In this document: positions 9,286 to 19,723 of the stretch, piece after piece | How the letters are laid out: each line of letters starts with the position of its first letter | Position numbering within the stretch: the stretch's first letter is position 1 | Source of the DNA: Rhodospirillaceae bacterium | GTDB taxonomy: Bacteria; Pseudomonadota; Alphaproteobacteria; MPNO01; UBA2964 | Direction: 5' to 3' | DNA length: 64,000 nt | Assembly: GCA_002709075.1 (NCBI GenBank) | Contig: PAPV01000013.1 | Coordinates: 169,693 to 233,692 of the forward strand | The notes under the pieces: model-generated | What the model was told of the DNA's origin: nothing | The model's database searches: none | Seen by the model: only the letters and a program-made list of their open reading frames with translations | Program-made: the position numbers and the translations under genes

Positions 9286-10362
9286 TCAATTTGGTTCAAT
9301 CTCATCGAAATATTTGTGTTTTTTGCCTGAAATATCCTCTGCAATCCACTCTCCTTCAGATTTGGATTCTATCCAACAGTGTCCGGCTGGAACTTTTCCA
9401 TGTCCACCTGGAATATCAAGCACATAAACCGGTTGCGCAATACCTGATAATCGGCGACGCAACCATTTCATTAATTTACGACCGCTGGACAATGTGGTTC
9501 TAAAATGTGAAGTACCCTTTGCCAAATCGCCGTGGTGCAGGTAATAGGGTTTAACACGATTTTCAATAAGGGTTCGAAAAAGATTTTCTAAATCTTTTGG
9601 TGTATCGTTAACACCTTTCAGTAACACAGTTTGGCTAAGCATCGGGATTCCATTATCAATAAGTTTTGCGATGGCAACACTTGCTTTTGAGTCTAATTCA
9701 TCAGCGTGATTGGAATGCAGAACAAGCCAGATGGGTTTTTTAGTTTTCAATGCATTTATCATTTCGTTATCAATACGAATGGGATCGAGTGCAGGAACTC
9801 GACTATGAATGCGTATCGTTCGCACATGTGGAATCTTATTAAGCCGAATTAGTATTTTTGACAGACGGGAAGGAGATAGAATCAAAGGGTCTCCCCCTGT
9901 GAGTATCACCTCCCAAATATCAGGATTTTCTTCAATATAGGAAAAAGCGGTATTGAGTTTTTCATCTGTTAACAAACCGTCTCCAACACTATGCCTTCTA
10001 AAGCAAAACCGGCAATATACCGGACAAGCGAGAACTGGCATTAGTAAAACTCTGTCGGGATATCTATGAATGATTCCGGATACTGGTGAGTGTTTGCGAT
10101 CGCCGATGGGATCTGGAAACTCATTTTCCATTAAGGTGTTTTCTGACGGGTTTGGTACAAACTGCCTTATCAGTGGGTCGTTTGTATTTCGTCCTTGTAG
10201 ACGCGATGCTAAATAGGCTGGGATGCCAATTGGCAGTGCTAGTGCTGCTTCGGTACAAGCAGGCTCGTCAGCCTTTTTAATTAGGTCAGCTGTAAGCAGA
10301 CCATTAGTGTTGGCAATTCGTTTCCTACGCCTACTATGGACAATATTTCTTACAATGCTCAT
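9286..10362 (-). CDS. epmB: Lysine 2,3-aminomutase (EF-P beta-lysylation, radical SAM)
   Basis: HRYPDRVL, CPVYCRFC, LTGGDPL, PYYLHH and DIPGGHGK motifs; adjacent to efp and epmA. Confidence 0.92.
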   Translation of the reverse strand: MSIVRNIVHSRRRKRIANTNGLLTADLIKKADEPACTEAALALPIGIPAYLASRLQGRNTNDPLIRQFVPNPSENTLMENEFPDPIGDRKHSPVSGIIHRYPDRVLLMPVLACPVYCRFCFRRHSVGDGLLTDEKLNTAFSYIEENPDIWEVILTGGDPLILSPSRLSKILIRLNKIPHVRTIRIHSRVPALDPIRIDNEMINALKTKKPIWLVLHSNHADELDSKASVAIAKLIDNGIPMLSQTVLLKGVNDTPKDLENLFRTLIENRVKPYYLHHGDLAKGTSHFRTTLSSGRKLMKWLRRRLSGIAQPVYVLDIPGGHGKVPAGHCWIESKSEGEWIAEDISGKKHKYFDEIEPN

Positions 10363-10394
10363 TTTATGCTATTCGAAGTTATTGGAACTAAGTT

Positions 10395-11459
10395 ATGAAT
10401 GACAGCAACCAAAAATTAGCGCAATCCCCTTGGTGGGATAGCGACTTAGTTGCCCACAAGCTTTCTGGTCTGAAGAACCGAAATATTATTTCTGCAGCAT
10501 TGCGTGAATGGTTTATAGAACATGAATTTACTGAAGTGGAAACTTCTTATTTACAGCTATCCCCGGGTCTTGAACCTCACCTGACTGCATTTGAAACTAA
10601 ATTTATAGAGCCATTTGAGGAAGATGGTAAAACTTTGTTTCTCCACACTTCGCCTGAATATGCGATGAAAAAGCTTCTGGTTGGTGGAATGGATAAAATA
10701 TTTCAGTTTGCACGTTGTTTTCGAAATTGTGAACGCTCGGCTATACATCATCCAGAATTTACAATGTTAGAATGGTATCAGACGTCTGAGAGTTTTTTGG
10801 AGGGTGCCCTGAGCGCAGAAAAATTGATTAAAATAGCAGCTAACACTGTAGGTGTTGATACTATTCAACGAAATGAAAAAAATTGTGATTTAACAAAGGA
10901 ATTCTGCTGGTTGACCGTTCAACATGCATTTGACTTATATGCAGCTATTGATTTGCGCGCGACTCTTGAAGATCCTCTATACCCTAATGCTGTTTTGTTC
11001 GAACGTTTGGCTGTTGAGGCAGGAGTGAGGGTTGCAGAGGATGATGATTGGACTGCAATTTTTGATAGAATTTTTTTGGAAAAAATTGAACCAAATCTTG
11101 GATTAGAAGTTCCCACAATCCTATACAATTGGCCTCTCCCTTTGGCCGCTTTGGCTAAACCGTTGAAACATGATTACTGTTTTTGCGAACGGTTTGAAAT
11201 TTATGTGGCGGGAATTGAACTTGCCAATGGCTTCGGAGAGCTAACAGATGCCAGGGAGCAGCGACGTCGTTTTGAAGCCGAACAAAATATTAAACGTAAG
11301 ATGGCCATTAAACCATACCCAATAGATGAAGAATTCCTAACAGCACTTGAAATCGGTTTGCCGGAGTCCGCTGGAGTAGCTATGGGTTTTGATCGTTTGG
11401 TAATGCTATTAACAGGAGCAGAAGAAATTCAAGATGTAATATGGTGCCCAATGAAGTAA
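10395..11459 (+). CDS. epmA: EF-P lysine aminoacylase
   Basis: LHTSPEYAMKKLL, HHPEFTMLEWY, ELANGFGEL and GVAMGFDRL (class II aaRS paralog lacking an anticodon domain). Confidence 0.93.
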   Translation: MNDSNQKLAQSPWWDSDLVAHKLSGLKNRNIISAALREWFIEHEFTEVETSYLQLSPGLEPHLTAFETKFIEPFEEDGKTLFLHTSPEYAMKKLLVGGMDKIFQFARCFRNCERSAIHHPEFTMLEWYQTSESFLEGALSAEKLIKIAANTVGVDTIQRNEKNCDLTKEFCWLTVQHAFDLYAAIDLRATLEDPLYPNAVLFERLAVEAGVRVAEDDDWTAIFDRIFLEKIEPNLGLEVPTILYNWPLPLAALAKPLKHDYCFCERFEIYVAGIELANGFGELTDAREQRRRFEAEQNIKRKMAIKPYPIDEEFLTALEIGLPESAGVAMGFDRLVMLLTGAEEIQDVIWCPMK

Positions 11460-11512
11460 ATTGTCATGATATATTTTTTTAAAAATATAAACGGGTTATT
11501 ATAGTCTAGAGA

Positions 11513-12160
11513 TTAGCCGACAAGAATGTTGTTAAATATTTTAACCGCTGCCTCTGGTCCATCTTTGTATCCCCAGACCCCATTGGAAACAGCTATGAAA
11601 TCTGCGCCCGCTCTGATAATGGTTTCACAATTCTTTACTGTAATTCCGCCAATGGCTACGCACGGGACAGTGGTTGTTTCAGACCAGTCGGTCAGGATGT
11701 TTATTTTAGGTGTAAACCTACGAACTTTGGTTGAACTCTTAAAAAAAGCACCAAATGCAACATAATCTGCCCCCGCTTCGCTTGCTTGCATCGCTAAGTG
11801 AGTGGAATCATGACAAGTCACCCCTACAATTGCATGATCCCCAACCATTTTGCGAGCTTTTTCATAAGGCATATCCGATTGACCTATGTGAATGCCGTCG
11901 CAACCAAATTCAGCCGCAATTTTAACATTATCATTTAGAATGAAGGCAACATCATACTTTTGAACCAATGGCATCAGCTTCTCAGTTGTTCTACGAAGTG
12001 CGTCGTCGGAGTCCTTGAGTCGCAATTGAACGCAAGCGATATCCCCTGCGTTAAGAGTTGCTTCAAGGATTTCAGAAAATTTTTTCGTTGCTTTCCCTCC
12101 GATGTCAGGCGGAGTAATAAGATAAAGTCGGCATGGATAGAGCTTTTCTTTTTTTGTCAT
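11513..12160 (-). CDS. thiE: Thiamine-phosphate synthase
   Basis: LYLITP, QLRLK, LND, GIHIGQSD and VAIGGIT motifs. Confidence 0.9.
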   Translation of the reverse strand: MTKKEKLYPCRLYLITPPDIGGKATKKFSEILEATLNAGDIACVQLRLKDSDDALRRTTEKLMPLVQKYDVAFILNDNVKIAAEFGCDGIHIGQSDMPYEKARKMVGDHAIVGVTCHDSTHLAMQASEAGADYVAFGAFFKSSTKVRRFTPKINILTDWSETTTVPCVAIGGITVKNCETIIRAGADFIAVSNGVWGYKDGPEAAVKIFNNILVG

Positions 12161-12181
12161 TAAAATCTTTGCAAATATTAT

Positions 12182-13102
12182 TTACATTTTGCCACTATAA
12201 ATTTTAATAATGTTATTCAGCATATCGAGCGCGTCTTCACGTTTGCGTTGAAAGGTGTTTCTTCCAATTATTGAGCCATTTCCACCTCCATCGCGAATGG
12301 CTCGAACTTCATCATATATACCTTCCAAATCTTTGGCTTCGCCACCGGAAAAAACGACAATCCGCCTTCCGGCAAAGCAACTTTGTACGACATGATTAAT
12401 TCTAGATTTTAAGATTGCAACATCAATTTTTTGTGAATTATATACTTTTGATGCTGCATCTAAAAACATAAATTCTGTGGGTGGTTTTACTTTAATAATG
12501 TGAGCGCCAAGTAACGCGGCCATATGGGCTGCATAAGCGCAGACATCCATTGCCGTCTCGCCCTCCCGAGTTACGATCCCACCACGGGGGTAAGACCATA
12601 TAACAACCGCCAGTCCGCATGACTTAGCTTCCTCAGCCAGTTCACGTATTTCTTCAATAAGTGCATATTGATCCTCTGACCCAGGGTAAATAGTGAAACC
12701 AATTGCTGCGCAACCCAAACGCAGCGCATCTCCAACGCTGGCCGTGACCGCTTGATCCTTGTTAGTAGATAGGGAGTTAGCACTGTTGCACTTTAATATT
12801 GTTGGGACTGCGCCAGCAAAAGTGTCGGCGCCTGCCTCTAATAATCCCAGTGGGGCTGCAAATGCGGACAATCCTGCGTCAACAGCAAGTTGATAATGAT
12901 AATGTGGGTCATATCCCGCTGGATTAGGAGCAAAACTTCTTGCCGGCCCGTGCTCGAATCCTTGATCAACCGGTAAAATTACTAACTTACCCGAACCGCC
13001 TAAACGGCCGTGCATTAGAATACGGGCAAGGTTTCCTTTCGTTCCTGGGTTATCCGCTTCATACCCAACGAGAATTTTTTTTACTTTTTGTGTGATCTTC
13101 AT
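12182..13102 (-). CDS. fbaB: Class I fructose-bisphosphate aldolase (FbaB/DhnA type)
   Basis: ILPVDQGFEHGP, WSYPRG, GAHIIKVK and GSIIGRN motifs. Confidence 0.92.
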   Translation of the reverse strand: MKITQKVKKILVGYEADNPGTKGNLARILMHGRLGGSGKLVILPVDQGFEHGPARSFAPNPAGYDPHYHYQLAVDAGLSAFAAPLGLLEAGADTFAGAVPTILKCNSANSLSTNKDQAVTASVGDALRLGCAAIGFTIYPGSEDQYALIEEIRELAEEAKSCGLAVVIWSYPRGGIVTREGETAMDVCAYAAHMAALLGAHIIKVKPPTEFMFLDAASKVYNSQKIDVAILKSRINHVVQSCFAGRRIVVFSGGEAKDLEGIYDEVRAIRDGGGNGSIIGRNTFQRKREDALDMLNNIIKIYSGKM

Positions 13103-13196
13103 CCGTTTCTCCCAATCAATCTTAACAGACTAATTTTGCCTATCATTAAATCACTATTTTGCAATACAACCTGTTTAAAGTATGTTCCTTTAAGGC

Positions 13197-13622
13197 TCAA
13201 CTGATTCCAAACCAAATACGACAGTCATCTTCAGGACTTGAACTGAAAGTAAGATTTAATGTCTTCGGTACATGCCTAAAAAGAGCAACATTCTCTTCTG
13301 CGGCAATCTGCTGAATTTTATTTTCGACTGATGAATTTGCTGTCAAAGCGATTGCTTTGACACCCGATCTTATTGCCGCCAAAGCATCACCTGGTGCTGC
13401 TCCACAGTCTAATACAGCTTGAAGGGTTAGTTCTGGGAACTCCATGTTAATTTGATATGATAACTCCAAAAACCACAATGGCCCCATGTGAGCACTAGCA
13501 CCCCGTGCACTCCATATTGTTGCATTGTGCCCGTAACCAACTGCAGCTCGGCATACCGCGCGAGCGTCTCCAATGCCGTGTATAACAACAGGGCGGTTTG
13601 TGTTAAGTATACGGTAAGTCAT
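13197..13622 (-). CDS. Hypothetical protein (aldolase-like partial beta/alpha pattern)
   Basis: 141-aa ORF with LDCGAAPGDALAAIRSG motif, co-oriented upstream of fbaB. Confidence 0.65.
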   Translation of the reverse strand: MTYRILNTNRPVVIHGIGDARAVCRAAVGYGHNATIWSARGASAHMGPLWFLELSYQINMEFPELTLQAVLDCGAAPGDALAAIRSGVKAIALTANSSVENKIQQIAAEENVALFRHVPKTLNLTFSSSPEDDCRIWFGIS

Positions 13623-13854
13623 GAATTCGACTTTTTAAATTGTATATAACTATATCTATAGAACCAAATAGCACTTTTCTCAAATATCAGATGGCATAAA
13701 AGATTTAAAATGACTGGAATATTAGTCTACGTGATGCTTTAGAACAGTTGTCTATCCGATTGAATTTGATAAAAATATTATGATCTTTGTTGACCTGAGG
13801 GGCGTAGCAAGCTTATCTTAAAGGTCAATTTTTCTTGACCTTATTTGCTTTCTG

Positions 13855-14091
13855 ATGAGAGGCATAACCATTTCTAGCTTAAACGAAACACAAGATAGAT
13901 TACATAGGGCTCTGGACACACTTGAGGAGGCAGTTGAGAGAATCGTTTCAGGTACCGGTTCCGAGGAGTTGCGTAAAGAGCTTCACGAGATTCGTAATCG
14001 CTGTGAGTTTCTTGAGGAGAGACACTCTAAGATTTCTACTCAACTCGATCAAGTCATAGGACGGATGCATAAGATACTGAGGATGGAGTAA
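13855..14091 (+). CDS. DUF4164-like coiled-coil protein
   Basis: Short heptad-rich ORF whose stop overlaps the zapA start (TAATG); typical position. Confidence 0.7.
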   Translation: MRGITISSLNETQDRLHRALDTLEEAVERIVSGTGSEELRKELHEIRNRCEFLEERHSKISTQLDQVIGRMHKILRME

Positions 14092-14402
14092 TGCCCCAAG
14101 TTGAGGTAACAATAAATAATCGGATTTATCAGATTGCTTGTGATGAAGGACAAGATGAACATTTAAAACGTCTGGCGGAATATGTAGACAAGCGAGTGCA
14201 GGAACTTGTTTCTGCTTTAGGCCAAGTTGGGGACTCCAGACTAATTGTAATGGCAAGTCTGTTAATTGCTGATGAATTATCTGAAACATACGCAAAACTT
14301 CAAAACGCTGCCAGCATAAAAACTGAAGATGCTGTTATTAATGTGACTGAATTAGCTGCACAACGAATCGAACATATTGCAGCTAAGCTAGAAGCCGTTT
14401 AA
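14091..14402 (+). CDS. zapA: Cell division protein ZapA
   Basis: MPQVEVTINNRIYQIACDEGQDEHL...RLIVMASLLIADEL. Confidence 0.92.
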   Translation: MPQVEVTINNRIYQIACDEGQDEHLKRLAEYVDKRVQELVSALGQVGDSRLIVMASLLIADELSETYAKLQNAASIKTEDAVINVTELAAQRIEHIAAKLEAV

Positions 14403-14411
14403 CTTAACCTT

Positions 14412-14569
14412 GGGTGTGGCTGCGTGACACGCGAGAGGTATTAATCTCCGGGGCCTAACAACACCTAACGGGAGCCGTCTCTGTCGGAATCTTGGTTTCG
14501 TTATATGGCGCCCACCTGCGAAAGCGGGCCTAGGTGGATTGTAAATCGGACGTTCTTGTGGCTACGCCT
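14412..14569 (+). ncRNA. ssrS: 6S RNA
   Basis: Canonical zapA-ssrS-ygfA position; closing stem GGTGTGGC/GCTACGCC followed by a T-run; internal CCGGGGCCT, CCTAACGGGAG and ATGGCGCCCACCTG segments resemble alphaproteobacterial 6S. Confidence 0.85.
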
Positions 14570-14640
14570 TTTTTTATTGATTTAAAAATATTTATCTGGG
14601 CAAAAAAATTCAAGTTCATTGTAGTATTAACAACGCTAAA

Positions 14641-15219
14641 ATGCAGCTTTCCAAACGGATGCGGCAAGTTCGCCGTCGGGCGTACAAAAGCCTTGGTTCC
14701 GTTCAAGGAAAATTAATTTCTGAAAAGTTTGATGAAGCGCTTCAAAAAGGTTTATCAATACAATCTGGTGATATTGTGGCAGGCTTTTGGCCAATTAAGG
14801 ATGAAATTGATATCAGATATCTTTTAAAATCATTGTGCGAAAAGAGAATTGAAGTTTGTCTTCCGATTGTTGGTAAGCAAAGGACTTCGATGGCGTTCAG
14901 GCTTTGGAAACCAGGAGATCAGCTTGAAGTTGGCAAAATGGGATTATTGCAGCCAAGTCGAAAAAGACGGTTGGTAGAACCAGAGACTCTTATTGTTCCC
15001 ACGCTGGCCTATGACCAATTAGGTAGAAGGCTGGGGTACGGAGGTGGATACTATGATGCAACACTGTCTGAACTTCGTAGTCGTCGATCTGTTACGGCTG
15101 TCGGAGTAGCATTTGAAGCCCAGCAGGTTCCTGTTGTGCCGAATGATTCTAGTGATGAAACTCTGGACTGGATAATAACAGAAAAGGAGGCAAAAGTTAT
15201 TAATATGGGGCTTGAGTAG
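14641..15219 (+). CDS. ygfA: 5-formyltetrahydrofolate cyclo-ligase
   Basis: VPTLAYD..GRRLGYGGGYYD...LDWIITE. Confidence 0.92.
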   Translation: MQLSKRMRQVRRRAYKSLGSVQGKLISEKFDEALQKGLSIQSGDIVAGFWPIKDEIDIRYLLKSLCEKRIEVCLPIVGKQRTSMAFRLWKPGDQLEVGKMGLLQPSRKRRLVEPETLIVPTLAYDQLGRRLGYGGGYYDATLSELRSRRSVTAVGVAFEAQQVPVVPNDSSDETLDWIITEKEAKVINMGLE

Positions 15220-15220
15220 C

Positions 15221-16045
15221 ATGAGAATTTTAATGTGTGGAGACGTTGTAGGGCGTCCTGGTCGGAGGGTTATCTGTGACACTTTGTCTCGTCTCAGAGA
15301 TGAGTTGCAATTAGATTTTATAATTGTGAATGGAGAAAATGCGGCCGGCGGATTTGGGATAACTCCAAAAATCTGTCAGCAATTTTTGGATGCTGGTGCC
15401 GATGTGATTACTACCGGTAATCATGTTTGGGATCAGAGAGATATTCGGCCGCATTTTGCAAATGAGAGGCGTTTATTACGACCTCATAATTATCCTGAAA
15501 CAGATCCAGGAGGAGGAGTTGAGGTTTTTAAAACGCAACATAATCACAGTATTCTAGTTCTTCATTTTATGGCTGTTCTTTTTATGACCCCGCTGAGTGA
15601 TCCGTTCGCAGGAATCGAGAAGGAATTATTGAACTGGCGTTTATCTTCGTCAGTTGATGCAATAATTTTAGACTTTCATGGAGAAGCAACGAGCGAAAAA
15701 ATGGCAATGGGGCACATGTTGGATGGCCGGGTCTCTGCAGTTGTTGGAACGCACAGTCATGTGCCAACAGCGGATGCTCAGATTCTGCCAAAAGGGACCG
15801 CTTATATTAGCGATGTAGGAATGTGTGGTGATTACAATTCCGTTATAGGAATGAAGAAAGATGCCTCAATCGGTAGGTTTCGAAAACAAGTTCCTGTGTC
15901 CAAATTAGAGGTGGCGCTTGGTGAAGCGACTTTGTGTGCAGTTTTGATCGAAACAAATGATAAAACTGGATTAGCAAAAAGGGTGGCGCCGGTAAGAATC
16001 GGAGGAAGACTGGCACCCGAGATGCCGAATTGGGCAAAATCTTAA
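15221..16045 (+). CDS. YmdB/TIGR00282-family metallophosphoesterase
   Basis: GDVVGRPGR, NGENAAGG, TGNH, DFHGEATSEK and GTHSH motifs. Confidence 0.92.
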   Translation: MRILMCGDVVGRPGRRVICDTLSRLRDELQLDFIIVNGENAAGGFGITPKICQQFLDAGADVITTGNHVWDQRDIRPHFANERRLLRPHNYPETDPGGGVEVFKTQHNHSILVLHFMAVLFMTPLSDPFAGIEKELLNWRLSSSVDAIILDFHGEATSEKMAMGHMLDGRVSAVVGTHSHVPTADAQILPKGTAYISDVGMCGDYNSVIGMKKDASIGRFRKQVPVSKLEVALGEATLCAVLIETNDKTGLAKRVAPVRIGGRLAPEMPNWAKS

Positions 16046-16354
16046 TTTATGCAGAATAGAAATTCATCCGAAATTATGTCGTCACATATCAAAACTGTAC
16101 CATGCATAACTAATAATTCCGATTTCATCACCCTTATTATTTGATGGTCCTTGAACAATTTTAGTAACTATATTTTTTGTTTTAAGGAAAATTTTTTAAG
16201 GAATTTAAAATTTTAACCCTATTTCTGCCACATTTGTCTTTTCAATTTCGTTTTTAATTGAATGGAATTATCAAAACATGGAGAAAATGCAGTATGCTTC
16301 ACAGGACCACATGTGGTACAAAAAGTATATTGAATAACAAATTGTAGAAACATC

Positions 16355-17104
16355 ATGGCGGGTCATTCGAAATTTAAAAATATTATGCACCGCAAGGGCG
16401 CGCAAGATGCCAAGCGAGCAAAAATATTTACTCGGTTAATAAGGGAGATACAAGTTGCGGCAAGAATGGGTTTGCCCGATCCGGAAATGAACCCTCGCCT
16501 CAAAAGTGCGGTAGTTGCTGCCAAAGCTGCTAACATGCCTAATGATAACATTGAGAGGGCAATAAAGCGTGCATCAGGTAACGGAGACGAGCAAAATTTT
16601 GAAGAAATTCGTTATGAGGGATATGGTCCAGGTGGGGTTGCAGTAATTGTGGAAGCGCTTACAGATAACCGAAACAGAACAGCAAGCGAGGTCAGGTCAG
16701 CTTTTTCAAAACATGGCGGATCACTAGGTGAAACTAACAGCGTCAGTTATCAGTTCGAACGCATTGGTATGATTACATTAAACGGAAATGCTGGGAATGA
16801 AGATGATATATTTGAGGCAGCTTTTGATGCTGGTGCAGTGGATGTGGAGTCCGGGGATGATATGCATCAGATCACGTGTGTTCCAGAAGACCTACACTCC
16901 GTGCAAGATTTGTTATCGGAGAAATTTGGAGAGTTAGAACAGAGCACTCTCACGTGGAAACCGCAATCTACTGTCTTAGTAGATGAGGAAAACATACAAA
17001 AACTTTTTAAGCTTTTTGAGACCCTCGATGAAAGTGATGATGTTCAGAATATTTCTGCAAACTATGAAGTCGACGATGCAGTTCTCGCACGTCTAACTGC
17101 CTGA
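16355..17104 (+). CDS. yebC: YebC/PmpR-family protein
   Basis: [23 protein letters not shown] and TDNRNRT motifs. Confidence 0.95.
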   Translation: MAGHSKFKNIMHRKGAQDAKRAKIFTRLIREIQVAARMGLPDPEMNPRLKSAVVAAKAANMPNDNIERAIKRASGNGDEQNFEEIRYEGYGPGGVAVIVEALTDNRNRTASEVRSAFSKHGGSLGETNSVSYQFERIGMITLNGNAGNEDDIFEAAFDAGAVDVESGDDMHQITCVPEDLHSVQDLLSEKFGELEQSTLTWKPQSTVLVDEENIQKLFKLFETLDESDDVQNISANYEVDDAVLARLTA

Positions 17105-17123
17105 CTATTGAGGGGTAGTATTT

Positions 17124-17627
17124 TTGATTATTATCGGACTTGATCCTGGACTGCGTGCCACCGGATGGGGTGTAATCCTTGTTGAAGGAAATCGAATCTC
17201 GCATTTATCGAATGGAACTATTTCGGTACCGATTAAACCTGGTTTGGGCGAACGCCTTGCATGTCTTCACCGTGGATTGGAAAAGCTAATGCGTGATTAT
17301 ACTCCAGATGAGGCGGCAGTTGAGGAAACTTTCGTAAATCGAAATGCTTCCTCAACACTCAAGTTAGGTCAAGCACGTGGTGTCGTTATGGCGGTTCCAT
17401 CATTGTGTGGCGTACGTGTGTTCGAGTATGCCGCTACTAAAGTAAAACAGTCGTTGGTTGGTTCGGGACATGCCAAGAAGGGGCAGGTTATGGCTATGGT
17501 AAGAACCTTTTTGCCAAGTGCAGTTGTTGAAAAGTCGGATGCAGCAGATGCTCTCGCAGTCGCAATTTGTCATGCACATTTGCGGCAGACAACTCATCGC
17601 ATTTCAATAATGGGTACTGAGCAATGA
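17124..17627 (+). CDS. ruvC: Holliday junction resolvase RuvC
   Basis: IIGLDPG, VEETF, LGQARG and DAADALAVA motifs (TTG start). Confidence 0.95.
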   Translation: MIIIGLDPGLRATGWGVILVEGNRISHLSNGTISVPIKPGLGERLACLHRGLEKLMRDYTPDEAAVEETFVNRNASSTLKLGQARGVVMAVPSLCGVRVFEYAATKVKQSLVGSGHAKKGQVMAMVRTFLPSAVVEKSDAADALAVAICHAHLRQTTHRISIMGTEQ

Positions 17628-18229
17628 TAGCAAAACTCTCTGGTGTTGTAGAAGATATTGGGCAGGACGAGGTCATTATTGATGTGAATGGGGTTGGTTA
17701 TCTGGTTTTCTGTTCCTCGCGAACACTTTCCAAACTAACAAAGAGCAAAACTGCCGTAAGCCTTTTCATAGTTACACATGTAAGGGAAGACCATATTCAT
17801 TTGTATGGCTTTGAAGATAAATTAGAAAAAGAGTGGTTCAACTTGTTGACGACAGTGCAGGGTGTGGGGGCAAAGGTTGGCCTTGCCATATTGGGAGTAC
17901 TTTCACCGACGGAAATAGCTAGTAGCCTTATGTTACAGGATAAAGTTGCACTATCGCAGGCACAGGGGGTGGGTTCGCGACTAGCTGAACGAATTATATC
18001 AGAACTTAAAGACAAGTTTAGCGGTATCCCGCTCAATTCGGATATGGATTATTCAGAAACTTCAACATTGAAAAAGGTGGAAATAACTGATGCGGTATCT
18101 GCGTTGGTCAATTTGGGTTACAGGCAAACTGATGCGTTCGTAGCCGTTTCAAAAGTCGTTCATGAATTTGATCCGAAAGTAGGTGTTGAAGAGCTTGTTC
18201 GTGCGGCGTTAAAGGATCTTAGTTCATGA
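17624..18229 (+). CDS. ruvA: Holliday junction branch migration protein RuvA
   Basis: [25 protein letters not shown] and ALVNLGY motifs. Confidence 0.95.
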   Translation: MIAKLSGVVEDIGQDEVIIDVNGVGYLVFCSSRTLSKLTKSKTAVSLFIVTHVREDHIHLYGFEDKLEKEWFNLLTTVQGVGAKVGLAILGVLSPTEIASSLMLQDKVALSQAQGVGSRLAERIISELKDKFSGIPLNSDMDYSETSTLKKVEITDAVSALVNLGYRQTDAFVAVSKVVHEFDPKVGVEELVRAALKDLSS

Positions 18230-19272
18230 ATGAAAAACGGTTAATTATTCCTGAAAAAGTCGAGGGCGATAGTGTTGATGTCGCCCTAAGACCTCAGAAA
18301 TTTAACGATTTTGTTGGACAAAAGAATTTGAAACAAAATCTTCGTGTTTTTGTGGAAGCGGCAAATAGTCGTGGGGATGCCATGGACCATGTATTATTCC
18401 ATGGCCCTCCTGGTCTCGGCAAAACTACTTTAGCACAGATTGTTGCCCGCGAATTAGGTGTGGGGTTTCGTGCAACTTCTGGTCCAGTAATTTCTAAGGC
18501 TGGAGATCTCGCAGCCATTTTGACTAATCTGGAACCAAGAGATGTATTGTTTATTGATGAAATTCATCGCTTATCGCATGTAGTTGAGGAAGTTCTGTAT
18601 CCTGCAATAGAGGACTTTCAGCTTGATTTAATTATTGGCGAGGGTCCCGCCGCGCGTTCCATGAGGATTGATCTTGTTCCATTTACGCTTATTGGTGCAA
18701 CGACAAGATCCGGATTATTAACAACTCCTCTTAGGGAAAGATTCGGTATCCCCTTGCGGCTTGATTTTTATCAGGTTGAGGAATTAGAAATCGTCGTTCG
18801 TAGAGCTGCTAGGCTTATGAAGTTGAAAATCAATGATGGCGGAGCTAGTGAAATTGCCAGGAGGTCTCGTGGCACACCACGTATCGCTGGACGACTGCTC
18901 CGTCGAGTGCGCGATTTTGCAGTGGTTGGAAAAGTAGAAAGAATTACTGCAGACGTGGCAGATGAGGCTCTTTCTCGTCTTGAGGTTGACCAACTTGGAC
19001 TGGATTTGATGGATAGAAGATACCTATGCTGTATTGGCGAAAATTACGATGGTGGTCCCGTTGGCGTTGAGACATTATCGGCTGCTTTATCAGAGCAAAG
19101 AGATGCACTGGAGGAAATCATCGAGCCGTTTTTAATTCAAAAGGGCCTTTTGCAGCGCACCTCTCGCGGACGGTTGCTTACAAAATTTGGCCGCAGCCAT
19201 ATTGGATTAAAAATGCAGATGAACGATACTCAATTAGAACTGCTGGATCGAACTGGAGAGGTGCATGATTGA
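18226..19272 (+). CDS. ruvB: Holliday junction branch migration helicase RuvB
   Basis: [22 protein letters not shown] and RGTPRIA motifs. Confidence 0.97.
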   Translation: MNEKRLIIPEKVEGDSVDVALRPQKFNDFVGQKNLKQNLRVFVEAANSRGDAMDHVLFHGPPGLGKTTLAQIVARELGVGFRATSGPVISKAGDLAAILTNLEPRDVLFIDEIHRLSHVVEEVLYPAIEDFQLDLIIGEGPAARSMRIDLVPFTLIGATTRSGLLTTPLRERFGIPLRLDFYQVEELEIVVRRAARLMKLKINDGGASEIARRSRGTPRIAGRLLRRVRDFAVVGKVERITADVADEALSRLEVDQLGLDLMDRRYLCCIGENYDGGPVGVETLSAALSEQRDALEEIIEPFLIQKGLLQRTSRGRLLTKFGRSHIGLKMQMNDTQLELLDRTGEVHD

Positions 19273-19702
19273 CCCACAATCATCTATGAGGGTGATTCAT
19301 ACTCATCCTATTCGGATATATTATGAAGATACTGATTGCGCAGGGGTAGTTTATTATTCGAATTATTTACGCTTTGCTGAGAGGGCGCGAACTGAGATGT
19401 TTCGTGGAATTGGATTTTCAAATATAGAATATTCAAAGTGCGAAGGTATCACGTTTGCCGTGCGAAGATGTGATGCTGAATATCTAAAACCAGCTTTTCT
19501 CGACGACTTGGTAGAAGTTGATACTGGAAATCTTGATCTTCAAGGTGCTAGTTTTTGGATTAATCAAAACGTTCGTCGCTATCGCGATTTGTTGGTAACG
19601 ATGCGTATTCGGCTTGCTTGCGTCGATAAAGAGGGTCAAGTGTCTCGGATACCAAAACAGTTATTAACTAATCTGCAAAAACTTAATAGAACGGTTTCTT
19701 AA
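19265..19702 (+). CDS. ybgC: Tol-pal-associated acyl-CoA thioesterase
   Basis: [28 protein letters not shown]. Confidence 0.92.
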   Translation: MIDPQSSMRVIHTHPIRIYYEDTDCAGVVYYSNYLRFAERARTEMFRGIGFSNIEYSKCEGITFAVRRCDAEYLKPAFLDDLVEVDTGNLDLQGASFWINQNVRRYRDLLVTMRIRLACVDKEGQVSRIPKQLLTNLQKLNRTVS

Positions 19703-19723
19703 ATTTAAAATGAGAATTTAATT

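Noticed and set aside
14534-14716. 60-aa ORF overlapping the 6S RNA 3' end and ygfA
   Set aside because: Overlaps two better-supported features and has no recognisable motif.
16046-16354. SOS box upstream of yebC-ruvCAB (GAAC-N7-GTAA near 16153) or upstream of uvrB
   Set aside because: Does not match the alphaproteobacterial GAAC-N7-GAAC / GTTC-N7-GTTC direct repeat well enough.
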